Source: Arcicella sp.
Lineage (GTDB): Bacteria; Bacteroidota; Bacteroidia; Cytophagales; Spirosomataceae
Direction: 5' to 3'
Assembly: GCA_025354645.1 (NCBI GenBank)
Contig: JANXML010000158.1
Location: 19,316-83,315 of the forward strand
Length of the DNA stretch: 64,000 bases
Shown piece by piece: positions 9,940-18,869 of the stretch (position 1 is its first letter; the number at the start of each line of letters is the position of its first letter). The notes beneath the pieces were generated by a model. That model was not told where the DNA came from, made no database searches, and was given only the letters and a program-made list of their open reading frames with translations. A program made the translations under genes and the position numbers.

Positions 9940-11046
9940 CTAAAATCTATGTGAATAAGTTGCTGAAATAAAATAATCAGCAAATGCCGCATCGCCTTGT
10001 CCGCCATACTTCAAATCTGAGTAGGAACGAGTACGATTTCTTGATGTTGCAATCGGAACATTCAATGCAAAAGTGTTGTGTTTGTTCATGTATGAAACGC
10101 CTGGTTCAACAGAAATTATATAGCCTGGGCGACGAAAGCCTTCACTTTTACCCAAAATATCTTCCGAAGGAACACCCTCAATTCTACCACCAAAACTTAC
10201 TGCAATTCCAGCCTTTGGAATTAGAGCGTAAGCAATTCCTGCACGTGCAGCAAATTGGTCAGAAATTGAATGTTTAACAGTGATTGGGTTTTGAACATTA
10301 TCGCCCAAGATGTTATTAAAGGTGTTATTTGTGTTTTGAGGATTAAATAAATAAAAGGCATTGTAATAAAATGACGCCTTTGAAAGGATTCGTTGGTAAC
10401 CTTGAATTTCAACATTCACACCCCAACCGCCATCACCTAATTGAATTGATTGGTCAACGGCTTTGGTTTGTATAAATTCTACTCCTTCTTTTGATAATTT
10501 ATGGAAATCTCCTTGGACATTTGAATTACCAGTTGGTGCTTTCACACCCAAACCCAAAGAAACATTTCCATTCAAGTGTTTCATTGGCTCGAAAAGCCAA
10601 TAGTTTGCCCCAACACGAATATCACCCAAACCAGAAGATTTTGTTGAAAAATAGGGCGATGGAGCAGCCAATGTACCATTCCCATAATGTTCGTACTTGG
10701 AATCACGAACGTTCATCGCCAATGGAATATTTACAGAAACGCTTAAGCGGTCGGTAACGGAATAAGTTATTCCGATATCTAAACCTTGAGAATAGTTTTT
10801 CACTTCTGTATCATTAATTAAACGCTGTTCTTGATATTCAGTACCCACAAAATGACGATGAGAATAAAGACTACGAAAGCCCGAAGAAACTTGCCATTGA
10901 CCTGGACGCATCATTGAAGTTGCATTTGCACCAGTCCCAGCTGCACAACTCATATGACGAACCGCCACACAACCTTGTGCCAAAACATTTTGAGCTGCCA
11001 ATGATATTCCAAACATGACAACAATTAACTGTAAAGTTTTATACAT
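9940..11046 (-). CDS. Uncharacterised outer-membrane beta-barrel / transporter-like protein
   Basis: Signal peptide (VLAQ), GLGDIRVG and LGVKAPTG strand motifs, C-terminal YSHRF (BAM-type terminal Phe). Confidence 0.7.
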   Translation of the reverse strand: MYKTLQLIVVMFGISLAAQNVLAQGCVAVRHMSCAAGTGANATSMMRPGQWQVSSGFRSLYSHRHFVGTEYQEQRLINDTEVKNYSQGLDIGITYSVTDRLSVSVNIPLAMNVRDSKYEHYGNGTLAAPSPYFSTKSSGLGDIRVGANYWLFEPMKHLNGNVSLGLGVKAPTGNSNVQGDFHKLSKEGVEFIQTKAVDQSIQLGDGGWGVNVEIQGYQRILSKASFYYNAFYLFNPQNTNNTFNNILGDNVQNPITVKHSISDQFAARAGIAYALIPKAGIAVSFGGRIEGVPSEDILGKSEGFRRPGYIISVEPGVSYMNKHNTFALNVPIATSRNRTRSYSDLKYGGQGDAAFADYFISATYSHRF

Positions 11047-11101
11047 ATTGAATTGTGTTATTACTAATTAACAAGATTAAACTAATGCTTTGTCTAATTT
11101 T

Positions 11102-11206
11102 TTCCAGAAATCAGGAATTTTACTTATATTGCAGTACAAAGAAAATAAATTTTATAATAATTTCCAACTTTTTGGAAAAATAATACAAAATTCCTGTTTA
11201 ATGGAA
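11102..11206. promoter_or_regulatory. Three palindromic operator-like sites TTCC-N8-GGAA
   Basis: Sites at 11102-11117, 11162-11177 and 11191-11206; the last overlaps the XRE gene ATG at 11201. Confidence 0.7.
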
Positions 11207-11650
11207 AATAAGTTTGGAGCTAATCTTAAAATTTTAAGAAAAAAGAATAAATTGACTTTGGAAGTTTTAGGTGCGACTTTGGGAGTTAGTAAGAGTGCTT
11301 TATCTGATTATGAGAATGGACATACACTTCCGTCGTTGAACGTTTGTGAATCAATTAGTCAGTATTTTGGATCAAATTTGAACGATTTGCAAAATTTCGA
11401 TTTCTCGGAAATGAGTATTGAAGAAATAAAAGAAAGTGCGTCAAATAGATCTGTTGAAAGAAATAATGAGAACAAAAATGATTACAGTGATCCAATAAAG
11501 CAGTTAGAATTTCAAAATAAATTATTGCATCAACAAGTTCAAGGATTGGAAATTCAGTTACAATTAATAAAACAATTAACGGAGAGTAAGATTTCAGAAA
11601 TCAAGTCATTACAAATTCAGATTAGATTGTTAGAAGAGAAATTAAGTTAA
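11201..11650 (+). CDS. XRE/Cro-CI family HTH regulator with C-terminal coiled coil
   Basis: FGANLKILRKKNKLTLEVLGATLGVSKSALSDYENGHTLPS. Likely start at ATG 11201. Confidence 0.9.
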   Translation: MENKFGANLKILRKKNKLTLEVLGATLGVSKSALSDYENGHTLPSLNVCESISQYFGSNLNDLQNFDFSEMSIEEIKESASNRSVERNNENKNDYSDPIKQLEFQNKLLHQQVQGLEIQLQLIKQLTESKISEIKSLQIQIRLLEEKLS

Positions 11651-12055
11651 TTACAAAGTCGATGATTCATTCAAATTTTGCCCTTTCCTGTTTTCTTCAC
11701 TTGCTTTTCTAATATCGGCAACAAATTTTTGGGTATTTTCAAAGGGTTCGTCAGAGCCTGAAAGTTTCTTTACTAAATTCAATAAATACGTTTGAGTTTG
11801 TTGAATAACATCCAACGTAACCTGATTTTGAGCAATTTGCTTTTGATTTCGAACAATATTCATTTGATTATTAACGATAATTTCTTGGTTGCGAATAATA
11901 GTTGATTGATTCTGAATTACCATCTCGTGATTGTCAGCATTTTGTTGCTGATTTTTAATCATAATATCATAATTATCCACAATTCGTCCTTGAATACTTT
12001 TCAAAAAGTCTTGTTCATCCACTAATTTTTGTAATACTTCATCAAAATTTTTCAT
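11651..12055 (-). CDS. Coiled-coil hypothetical protein with (I/V)xxNQxx heptads
   Basis: Eight consecutive heptads with Asn at the fourth position, residues 25-80. Confidence 0.8.
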   Translation of the reverse strand: MKNFDEVLQKLVDEQDFLKSIQGRIVDNYDIMIKNQQQNADNHEMVIQNQSTIIRNQEIIVNNQMNIVRNQKQIAQNQVTLDVIQQTQTYLLNLVKKLSGSDEPFENTQKFVADIRKASEENRKGQNLNESSTL

Positions 12056-12132
12056 TGCCTAATTTTATAATCTGTTTTATTCTTAAATTTGTGATAGACC
12101 CTTACCAAGTAGTAAATTAACGCAAAAACTTT

Positions 12133-13116
12133 ATGCAATCCAATAAAATCCAGAAAACGAGAATTCCTTGGATATACTTAATTTTTCTAACGGTTGTATT
12201 GTGCGGATGGACTTGGTATATGTTTGAACACAATAGTTTTGAAATATATACTCGTCAATGGGCAACCGTAGTAACCATGATTTTTGGTTCATTTATCGCA
12301 GGAGCCAGCCCAGAAGGAAGTGCCGCCGTTGCTTATCCCATCTTTACATTAATACTTAAAATCGCCCCAGCCGTTGCTCGAAATTTTGCCTTCGCCATTC
12401 AAAGTATTGGGATGACCTCCGCCAGTTTATTAATCATCGGAATGGGTTTGAAAGTAGATTGGAATTATATTATTTTCGTCACAATTGGAGGTGTATTTGG
12501 CTTATTTTTAGGAACCTACTACGTTGTTCCATACATTTCTCCTGTACAAGCTAAGCTATTTTTTGTATCACTTTATCTAAGTTTTGGGATTGCTCTATGG
12601 CTACAAAATCGTCGTCCACAACGAGAAGTATTTGAAAAAATAGAAAGTTTCCAGAATTCTGATAAAGTACGATTGATTGCTTTCGGATTGGTTGGAGGGA
12701 TAATTTCGTCTATTTTTGGAACGGGAATCAATATTTTTACTTTCTGTTTAATGACGATTTACTACAGAGTTTCTGAGAAAGTTGCCACACCTTCGTCCGT
12801 AATTATCATGACGGCTGAGACAATTTTAGGACTATTTATTCATACACAATTAAAGAAAGACTTTCAACCCGAGGCTTTTGAGATTTGGTTAGCTTGCGTA
12901 CCTTTTGTGGCTGTGTTTGCTCCGTTGGGAGCTTTTGTAATTAGCAAAATGGCTCGAAAAGGAATTGCAACGATACTCTATTTCATTTTAATTATTCAAT
13001 TTTTTGGGGCTATGATTGTTATTAAACCTACTTTATTTCAATTTTCATTGTGTATGTTAGTTTTAGCTTCAGGAATTGGATTGTTTAGTTATTTGGCAAA
13101 AGTTCGGAAAGTATAA
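12133..13116 (+). CDS. TauE/SafE (sulfite exporter) family membrane protein
   Basis: About 9 TM segments; GSFIAGASPEGSAAVAYP, GGIISSIFGTG, APLGA. Confidence 0.8.
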   Translation: MQSNKIQKTRIPWIYLIFLTVVLCGWTWYMFEHNSFEIYTRQWATVVTMIFGSFIAGASPEGSAAVAYPIFTLILKIAPAVARNFAFAIQSIGMTSASLLIIGMGLKVDWNYIIFVTIGGVFGLFLGTYYVVPYISPVQAKLFFVSLYLSFGIALWLQNRRPQREVFEKIESFQNSDKVRLIAFGLVGGIISSIFGTGINIFTFCLMTIYYRVSEKVATPSSVIIMTAETILGLFIHTQLKKDFQPEAFEIWLACVPFVAVFAPLGAFVISKMARKGIATILYFILIIQFFGAMIVIKPTLFQFSLCMLVLASGIGLFSYLAKVRKV

Positions 13117-13123
13117 TTTCGCT

Positions 13124-13897
13124 TTACAGATACCACCACGATTGCAAATCTTCCCAATTCAAGTTTAAATAAACATTCAACTGAACTAAATTTAGATTAC
13201 GTAACTCCAATTTTCTATTCCTTATTAAGGTTTGGTAACAATAGCCTAATTCAACTCTTGCCTTACCCAAATTATATCCTCCTGCGAGATGCAACCAGTT
13301 TTCAGAGCAATTAGATGTTTCAAAAACGCCATTTTTTGAACTTACTGGACCATTAGTTGCACCTTCCAAATACCAAAATGCTTCATTAGAAGCGGATAAA
13401 TAAAAGCCTTTTTTTGTCTCTTTGGGATTAAAAAGTTGGAGCGTAACAAAGGTTTGATACCTCAAAATGGAAGCATCATCGAGTACGTTTGTTTTCGTGT
13501 TCAAAGGCATTCTGTACTCGTAACGAAAACGATGGTTTACAACAAATTTTCCAATAGTATGCAGATAAGCAACTTGTCCCAAAAACCGATTTTCTGTTTG
13601 CTTTAAGCCAAAGATATTATGACTTCCATATCCGTAGCCCAATCCAGCGTTCAAGTGTTTATTGAATTTTTGAATTAACATCAATTGAGCGACTAAATGA
13701 GCCTGTGTACCGATAAACTCCTTATTATCAACGTTTTCAGTTAATAATGAAACGGATGAGACACTCAAATTATACCCAAGATTTTTATAAATACTTCCCG
13801 TTTGGTAGTAGTTTGGATTAAAACCTTCGAGATTTAGATTTTGAGCAATTGATTGAAATGAGGTAAGAAAAATTATTCCACATAAGAGTATCTTCAT
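13124..13897 (-). CDS. DUF2490-like outer-membrane beta-barrel
   Basis: Signal peptide from M at 13897; ENRFLGQ, NHRFRYEYR, SASNEAF motifs. Confidence 0.65.
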   Translation of the reverse strand: MKILLCGIIFLTSFQSIAQNLNLEGFNPNYYQTGSIYKNLGYNLSVSSVSLLTENVDNKEFIGTQAHLVAQLMLIQKFNKHLNAGLGYGYGSHNIFGLKQTENRFLGQVAYLHTIGKFVVNHRFRYEYRMPLNTKTNVLDDASILRYQTFVTLQLFNPKETKKGFYLSASNEAFWYLEGATNGPVSSKNGVFETSNCSENWLHLAGGYNLGKARVELGYCYQTLIRNRKLELRNLNLVQLNVYLNLNWEDLQSWWYL

Positions 13898-13923
13898 AAA
13901 AGTTATTGAAATAAAGTGGTAAC

Positions 13924-13954
13924 AAAAAAAGATAGCCAATTGCTTGACTATCTT
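13924..13954 (-). terminator. Intrinsic terminator after hemF
   Basis: Stem AAGATAGCCAA/TTGACTATCTT followed by a U-tract on the minus strand. Confidence 0.6.
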
Positions 13955-13982
13955 ATATTTCGCAAATAATATGCCGATATTT

Positions 13983-14876
13983 TTAAATCCAATTAATTCC
14001 TTTTTTCAATAAATTTAAAGTCTTCTCTTCTTCTGAATCTTTTAAGGCTTCGTAATTATAAACCCAATTCGCCACAGGAGGCATCGACATTAAAATTGAC
14101 TCCGTTCTTCCATTGGTTTCAAGCCCGAATTTTGTTCCTCTATCGTGTACTAAATTAAACTCAACGTATCGTCCACGACGAAGCATTTGAAACGTTTTCT
14201 CATTTTCTGAATAAGGTAAATCCCTATTTTTTTTCATAAAATACGTATAAATCGGAGCAAAAGATTCTCCAATTTCTTTCACAAAATCAAATAACTGTTC
14301 TTTATTTCGAGTTTCATCCGTTTTCTGATAATCAAAAAATATTCCCCCAATTCCACGGGTTTCGTTACGATGCGTATTGAAAAAATAATCATCCGCCCAA
14401 GTTTTAAATTTTGGATAATATTCCTCATTGTGCTTATCACACGCATTTTTCAAGGTTTTATGAAACCAAATTGCATCCTCTTCAACTACATAATGTGGCG
14501 TTAAATCAATACCACCACCAAACCAAAAACTTCCGTTAGACATCTCAAAATATCTAATATTCATGTGTATAATAGGCATTCTTGGACTTTCTGGATGCAA
14601 AACAATCGAAACGCCCGTTGCAAAAAAATCTACTTTTTCAGTAAGCCCCATTGAAGCCAACATTTTTTCGTGTAAATCTCCCCAAACCGCCGAAAACATT
14701 ACGCCTCCTTTTTCAATAATTTTCCCGTTTTGTATAACTCTACTTCTTCCACCGCCTCCGCCTTCACGTTGCCAATAATCTTCATAGAATTTTCCAGATC
14801 CATCGGCTTTTTCCAAGGATTTGCAAATGCTATCTTGTAATTCTTGGAAGTAAGTGGATATGTATTCTTTGGTCAT
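13983..14876 (-). CDS. hemF: Oxygen-dependent coproporphyrinogen III oxidase
   Basis: GGGGRSRV, IEKGGV, HMNIRYF, WFGGGIDLTP, RGIGGIFFD, RRGRYVEFNL, RTESILMSMPP. Confidence 0.97.
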   Translation of the reverse strand: MTKEYISTYFQELQDSICKSLEKADGSGKFYEDYWQREGGGGGRSRVIQNGKIIEKGGVMFSAVWGDLHEKMLASMGLTEKVDFFATGVSIVLHPESPRMPIIHMNIRYFEMSNGSFWFGGGIDLTPHYVVEEDAIWFHKTLKNACDKHNEEYYPKFKTWADDYFFNTHRNETRGIGGIFFDYQKTDETRNKEQLFDFVKEIGESFAPIYTYFMKKNRDLPYSENEKTFQMLRRGRYVEFNLVHDRGTKFGLETNGRTESILMSMPPVANWVYNYEALKDSEEEKTLNLLKKGINWI

Positions 14877-14939
14877 GTTTTTAAATATTTTGCAACCACA
14901 TCGGAAAACAGTTAATACAATAAAAAGAGTAAGGCATCA

Positions 14940-17543
14940 TTATTTTATCGTTGAATCAGGTTTTGCGTCCGCTGGTCGAATCGGAGGCAAAACAATGGAA
15001 TCAGGACGAACGTAAGTGCTGTCATAATAAAGTGTATCAGCTCTTGGAATATAAGCAGAGGTACATGTAAATTCCTTATTAATTCGCTTCGGATCAAGTT
15101 TTTCAAACGGAACGGGATGATATGCTTCTAAACTCGGGTCATTCACAATCTTGGTCATGTATCGTCCAAAAAGAGGTAAGGCAGATTTTGCTCCTTCGCC
15201 ATATTGACCACTTCGGAAATGAATCGAACGGTCATCACCTCCAACCCAAGTTCCCGTAACTAAATTACTTGTCAAACCCATATACCAACCATCTGAATGA
15301 TTTGAAGTTGTTCCTGTTTTTCCTGCAAATCTTGATTTATAGCGATCTTTTCCTCCAAATAAGTCTTTAAATGACCATAAATTCTGCGAAGTCCCGCCTT
15401 GTTCTTCCAAACCACCCTCCAACATATATCGCATCAATTGAGCAGATTCTTTTCTGATTGCCGTGCGACGTTGAGGCTCAAAAGTGAAAATTATATTCCC
15501 ATTTCTATCCTGAATTTCAACCACCAACATCGGCTCGGTGAAAACGCCTTCATTTAAAAAACAACCGTAAGCACCCACCATTTCTAAAAGTGTAACATCA
15601 TTTGAACCTAATCCAATGGATGCCACAGGAGCAATTGGGCTTTTGATTCCCATTTGTTTTGCATACCAAGCAACCGTGTCAGGACCAACTTCATCCGTTA
15701 ATCTGGCAGCACATGAATTAATTGAACGTGCCATTGCTCTTCGTAAAGACATGGTTGCATAACTGAATCGACCATCCGCATTTTGTGGTCGCCATATCTT
15801 TTTCTCGCCATTTTCTTCATATTCTTTTTCAAAAGGAGCATCCTTAATTTGAGAACATGGCGACATATCCTTAGGTCCATCAATGGCGGCTGTATAAACA
15901 AAAGGTTTAAAAGTTGACCCAGGTTGCCGACGCCCTTGGCTGACGTGGTCATATTTGAAATACTGAAAATCAAGTCCCCCAACCCATGATTTAATATGTC
16001 CCGTGAATGGATCCATTGACATCATACCAGCTTGCAAGAAACGTTTATAGTAAACAATTGAGTCGTAAGCACTCATCGTTTTTTGTTCTTCACCCGCTCC
16101 ATTACGTGAATAAACCCACATTTTTCGCTTCACATTTTTCATGTAATGCCAAATAGAATCTGAATTATTCTGGTATTTCTTAGCCAAAAATCTATAATAC
16201 CCTGTCCTTTTCGCCACTGTATCCACAAATCCAGGAATTTCAACGCCCTTTTCATCCGCCCACGGATTTTTGCCCGACCATTGATTATCAAAACTTTTCT
16301 GTAAAAGCTTCATTCCATCTTGCACAGAAGTTTCTGCATAGGCTTGCATACGAGAATCAATGGTAGTTTTAATTATCAGACCATCACGATATAAATCCAA
16401 ATCTACATCACTGGAATCTGCCCATTTTTCCAAAGCTCGGGCAACGGCAGTTTTAAAATAATTACTCGTGCCGTCGTAAGGCGTTTCTTCGTTTACTTTT
16501 AAAACGATTGGCAATTTTATCAGTGATTCATATTCATTCTTTTTTAAATAATTATACTTCAACATTCTTGACAAAACCGTATTCCGTCTTGCAAGAGATT
16601 TTCCGTAATTTCTTCTTGGATTATACGTATTTGTCGCTTTTTGCATACCCACCAAAACCGCTGCTTCTTGCACATTTAAACTATCAGGAGAAGTATTAAA
16701 ATAAGTCTTTGCCGCCACTTTTATTCCGTAAGAATTACTGCCAAAATCAACCGTATTCAAATACCACAGAATGATTTCTTCCTTTGTATAATAACGTTCT
16801 AATTTAACGGCGGTAAGCCACTCTTTCGTCTTGATTACCAGCGTTTTAACTCCTGGAATATAAGCCAATAATCCTTTTTTTTCAATTCCTTCTTTCTTGC
16901 GAGTCTTAAATAAATTTTTCGCTAATTGTTGTGTAATTGTGCTACCTCCCCCACGCTCACTTGCACCAGTAACAACACCAAATGCAACACCAAATAATGC
17001 CCTAAAATCAATGCCAGAATGTTGATAGAAACGTGAATCTTCGGTTGCAACTAAGGCTTTTACTAAATAAGGAGAAAGTTCATCATAATTTTTAACGGGC
17101 GTTCTATTTTCCAAGAAATATTTTCCCATTAAAACGCCATCAGCAGAATAGATTTCAGAAGATTGTGATAATTTAGGATTTTGAAGTTCCCCAACGGATG
17201 GCATTTCACCCGTGAGGTATAAGAAGTTTGTGTTAATACAAAATAGATAGAAAAAACCTGCAAAAACTGTCCAGCCAAAAATTTTCCAATATTTTTTAAT
17301 TCGATTAAAATAGGTAGAATCCTTATCAATTCGCTGAACTACGGCATTTTTTACCTTACCTTTTGTATCCCAATAAGTGTCTTTTGCAACGTCAAGTTTT
17401 TTATACAAAGTGGCTACTTTCTCTTCTCCAAAGATTTTTACCAGCAAAATATCTAACTGAAACCAAATCCAATGTAAAGCATTTGAAATAGTAATTTTGA
17501 GGTTAATCCAAAGATTTTGAATGAGTTGCTTTATTTTGTCCAT
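14940..17543 (-). CDS. mrcA: Class A penicillin-binding protein (PBP1A; transglycosylase + transpeptidase)
   Basis: EDSRFYQHSGID, GGSTITQQLAKNL, QPGSTFKP (SxxK), SIN (SxN), GKTGTT. Confidence 0.9.
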   Translation of the reverse strand: MDKIKQLIQNLWINLKITISNALHWIWFQLDILLVKIFGEEKVATLYKKLDVAKDTYWDTKGKVKNAVVQRIDKDSTYFNRIKKYWKIFGWTVFAGFFYLFCINTNFLYLTGEMPSVGELQNPKLSQSSEIYSADGVLMGKYFLENRTPVKNYDELSPYLVKALVATEDSRFYQHSGIDFRALFGVAFGVVTGASERGGGSTITQQLAKNLFKTRKKEGIEKKGLLAYIPGVKTLVIKTKEWLTAVKLERYYTKEEIILWYLNTVDFGSNSYGIKVAAKTYFNTSPDSLNVQEAAVLVGMQKATNTYNPRRNYGKSLARRNTVLSRMLKYNYLKKNEYESLIKLPIVLKVNEETPYDGTSNYFKTAVARALEKWADSSDVDLDLYRDGLIIKTTIDSRMQAYAETSVQDGMKLLQKSFDNQWSGKNPWADEKGVEIPGFVDTVAKRTGYYRFLAKKYQNNSDSIWHYMKNVKRKMWVYSRNGAGEEQKTMSAYDSIVYYKRFLQAGMMSMDPFTGHIKSWVGGLDFQYFKYDHVSQGRRQPGSTFKPFVYTAAIDGPKDMSPCSQIKDAPFEKEYEENGEKKIWRPQNADGRFSYATMSLRRAMARSINSCAARLTDEVGPDTVAWYAKQMGIKSPIAPVASIGLGSNDVTLLEMVGAYGCFLNEGVFTEPMLVVEIQDRNGNIIFTFEPQRRTAIRKESAQLMRYMLEGGLEEQGGTSQNLWSFKDLFGGKDRYKSRFAGKTGTTSNHSDGWYMGLTSNLVTGTWVGGDDRSIHFRSGQYGEGAKSALPLFGRYMTKIVNDPSLEAYHPVPFEKLDPKRINKEFTCTSAYIPRADTLYYDSTYVRPDSIVLPPIRPADAKPDSTIK

Positions 17544-17588
17544 ATTAAGCTTATTTGTGTATCTAAAATAATGGACAATTTACGAATA

Positions 17589-17700
17589 AAGTTTAAGAAG
17601 TTTAAGAAGTTGAAGAGTTATAAAGTTAGAGAGTTACAAGTCTTCATCTTTTAACCCTACGACTCTTTAACTTTTTAACCCTATAACTTTTCAACTTTAA
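17589..17700. repeat. Paired inverted octamer-repeat cassette
   Basis: Left arm AGTTANAG-like units at 17589-17640; right arm YTNTAACY-like units at 17648-17700. Confidence 0.75.
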
Positions 17701-17704
17701 TACC

Positions 17705-18178
17705 TCATTTCTTAACAAAACTCAGCGAAGCCGAATTCATGCAGAAACGTTTTCCAGTTGGCTTTGGACCATCATCAAAAACGTGACCCAAGTGGGCTCC
17801 ACAACGATTACACAACACCTCATCACGTGACATTCCCAGAGAATTATCACTTGAAATTAAAATGTTTTCTTTCTTTACAGGAGCGTAAAATGAAGGCCAA
17901 CCCGTTCCAGATTCAAATTTCGTATCGGAACTAAACAATTCTTGCTTACAACAAACACAATCGTATTTTCCTTTTTGGTGATTATCCCACGTATCACCTG
18001 TGTAAGGACGTTCGGTACCTTTCTGACGAGTAACGGTGTATTGTTCAGGTGTTAATTGCTTTTTCCACTCCATTTCCGTTTTCACTACCTCAAATTTTTT
18101 GGGCTTATCTTGTTGAGTATAACTACTACAAGCGAAAATAATAACTGCAATAAATAAAATTACTCCTAAATTTTTCAT
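17705..18178 (-). CDS. msrB: Peptide-methionine (R)-S-oxide reductase, lipoprotein form
   Basis: Lipobox IFAC; [38 protein letters not shown]. Confidence 0.95.
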   Translation of the reverse strand: MKNLGVILFIAVIIFACSSYTQQDKPKKFEVVKTEMEWKKQLTPEQYTVTRQKGTERPYTGDTWDNHQKGKYDCVCCKQELFSSDTKFESGTGWPSFYAPVKKENILISSDNSLGMSRDEVLCNRCGAHLGHVFDDGPKPTGKRFCMNSASLSFVKK

Positions 18179-18361
18179 GTTGATATTTGTGTTTTTAAAT
18201 TAAAAATAAAAAAATTCCAAAATTGGTGAAATACCCTAAATCTCTTTCCTAATACTATATACGAAATAATGGAAGAAAAAGTTTTTACAAATTTATCTAC
18301 TTGATAATCAGCCATTGGTAAGCAAAATGACCAATTTTATAAAAAATATTTTCCTTTTAGA

Positions 18362-18393
18362 TTTGTATGGAAAGAAAGAAAGACCTAATTTTG
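18362..18393 (+). promoter_or_regulatory. Bacteroidota housekeeping promoter for tRNA-Ser
   Basis: -33 TTTG (18362-18365), 20-nt spacer, -7 TAATTTTG (18386-18393). Confidence 0.8.
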
Positions 18394-18406
18394 CATCATC
18401 AAACAA

Positions 18407-18491
18407 AGAGAGCTGGCAGAGTGGTCGATTGCGGCAGTCTTGAAAACTGTTGACTGTAACAGGTCCTGGGGTTCGAATCCCTAGCTCTCTA
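18407..18491 (+). tRNA. tRNA-Ser (anticodon TGA), long variable arm, CCA not encoded
   Basis: Acceptor stem AGAGAGC/GCTCTCT; D-arm GGCAGAGTGGTCGATTGC; anticodon stem GCAGT-CTTGAAA-ACTGT; T-arm TGGGG-TTCGAAT-CCCTA. Confidence 0.97.
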
Positions 18492-18502
18492 CTGACAATT
18501 GA

Positions 18503-18535
18503 AAAGAATTACCTAATAGGTGATTCTTTCTTTTT
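18503..18535 (+). terminator. Intrinsic terminator after tRNA-Ser
   Basis: AAAGAATTACCT-AAT-AGGTGATTCTTT followed by a T-tract. Confidence 0.7.
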
Positions 18536-18869
18536 GTTTTAAATAATTAGTTAAAATAGCTTCTCTTCAATTTTCCAATCATCCCTTTAACTTCTTTAAA
18601 GTTTTTTTTCACGATGTAAATAATTTATTTTTTAGAAATAGTTTTTAAACTACAACTTAAAAAATATTTTATCACCATATAACACAGAAAAATAATAAAA
18701 TATTTATATAATCCGTTATTTTTAGTAGTTTAGTAAATAAATTTGAATTGATATTTTTTAAGAATTGAAAATGGTATGAATGCTTAATTCAACATTATTT
18801 CATCTCAATTTGAATTGAAAAACAAATAATCATTATTATAAGAATCAGTAAAAACCCACTATTTTTATC

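Noticed and set aside
11201-12055. XRE regulator plus small neighbour as a toxin-antitoxin or prophage remnant
   Set aside because: The genes are convergent rather than operonic, the neighbour has no toxin motif, and no phage genes are nearby.
18407-18491. Selenocysteine or opal-suppressor tRNA
   Set aside because: The anticodon is TGA, which reads UCA (Ser), not TCA; the acceptor stem is the standard 7 bp.
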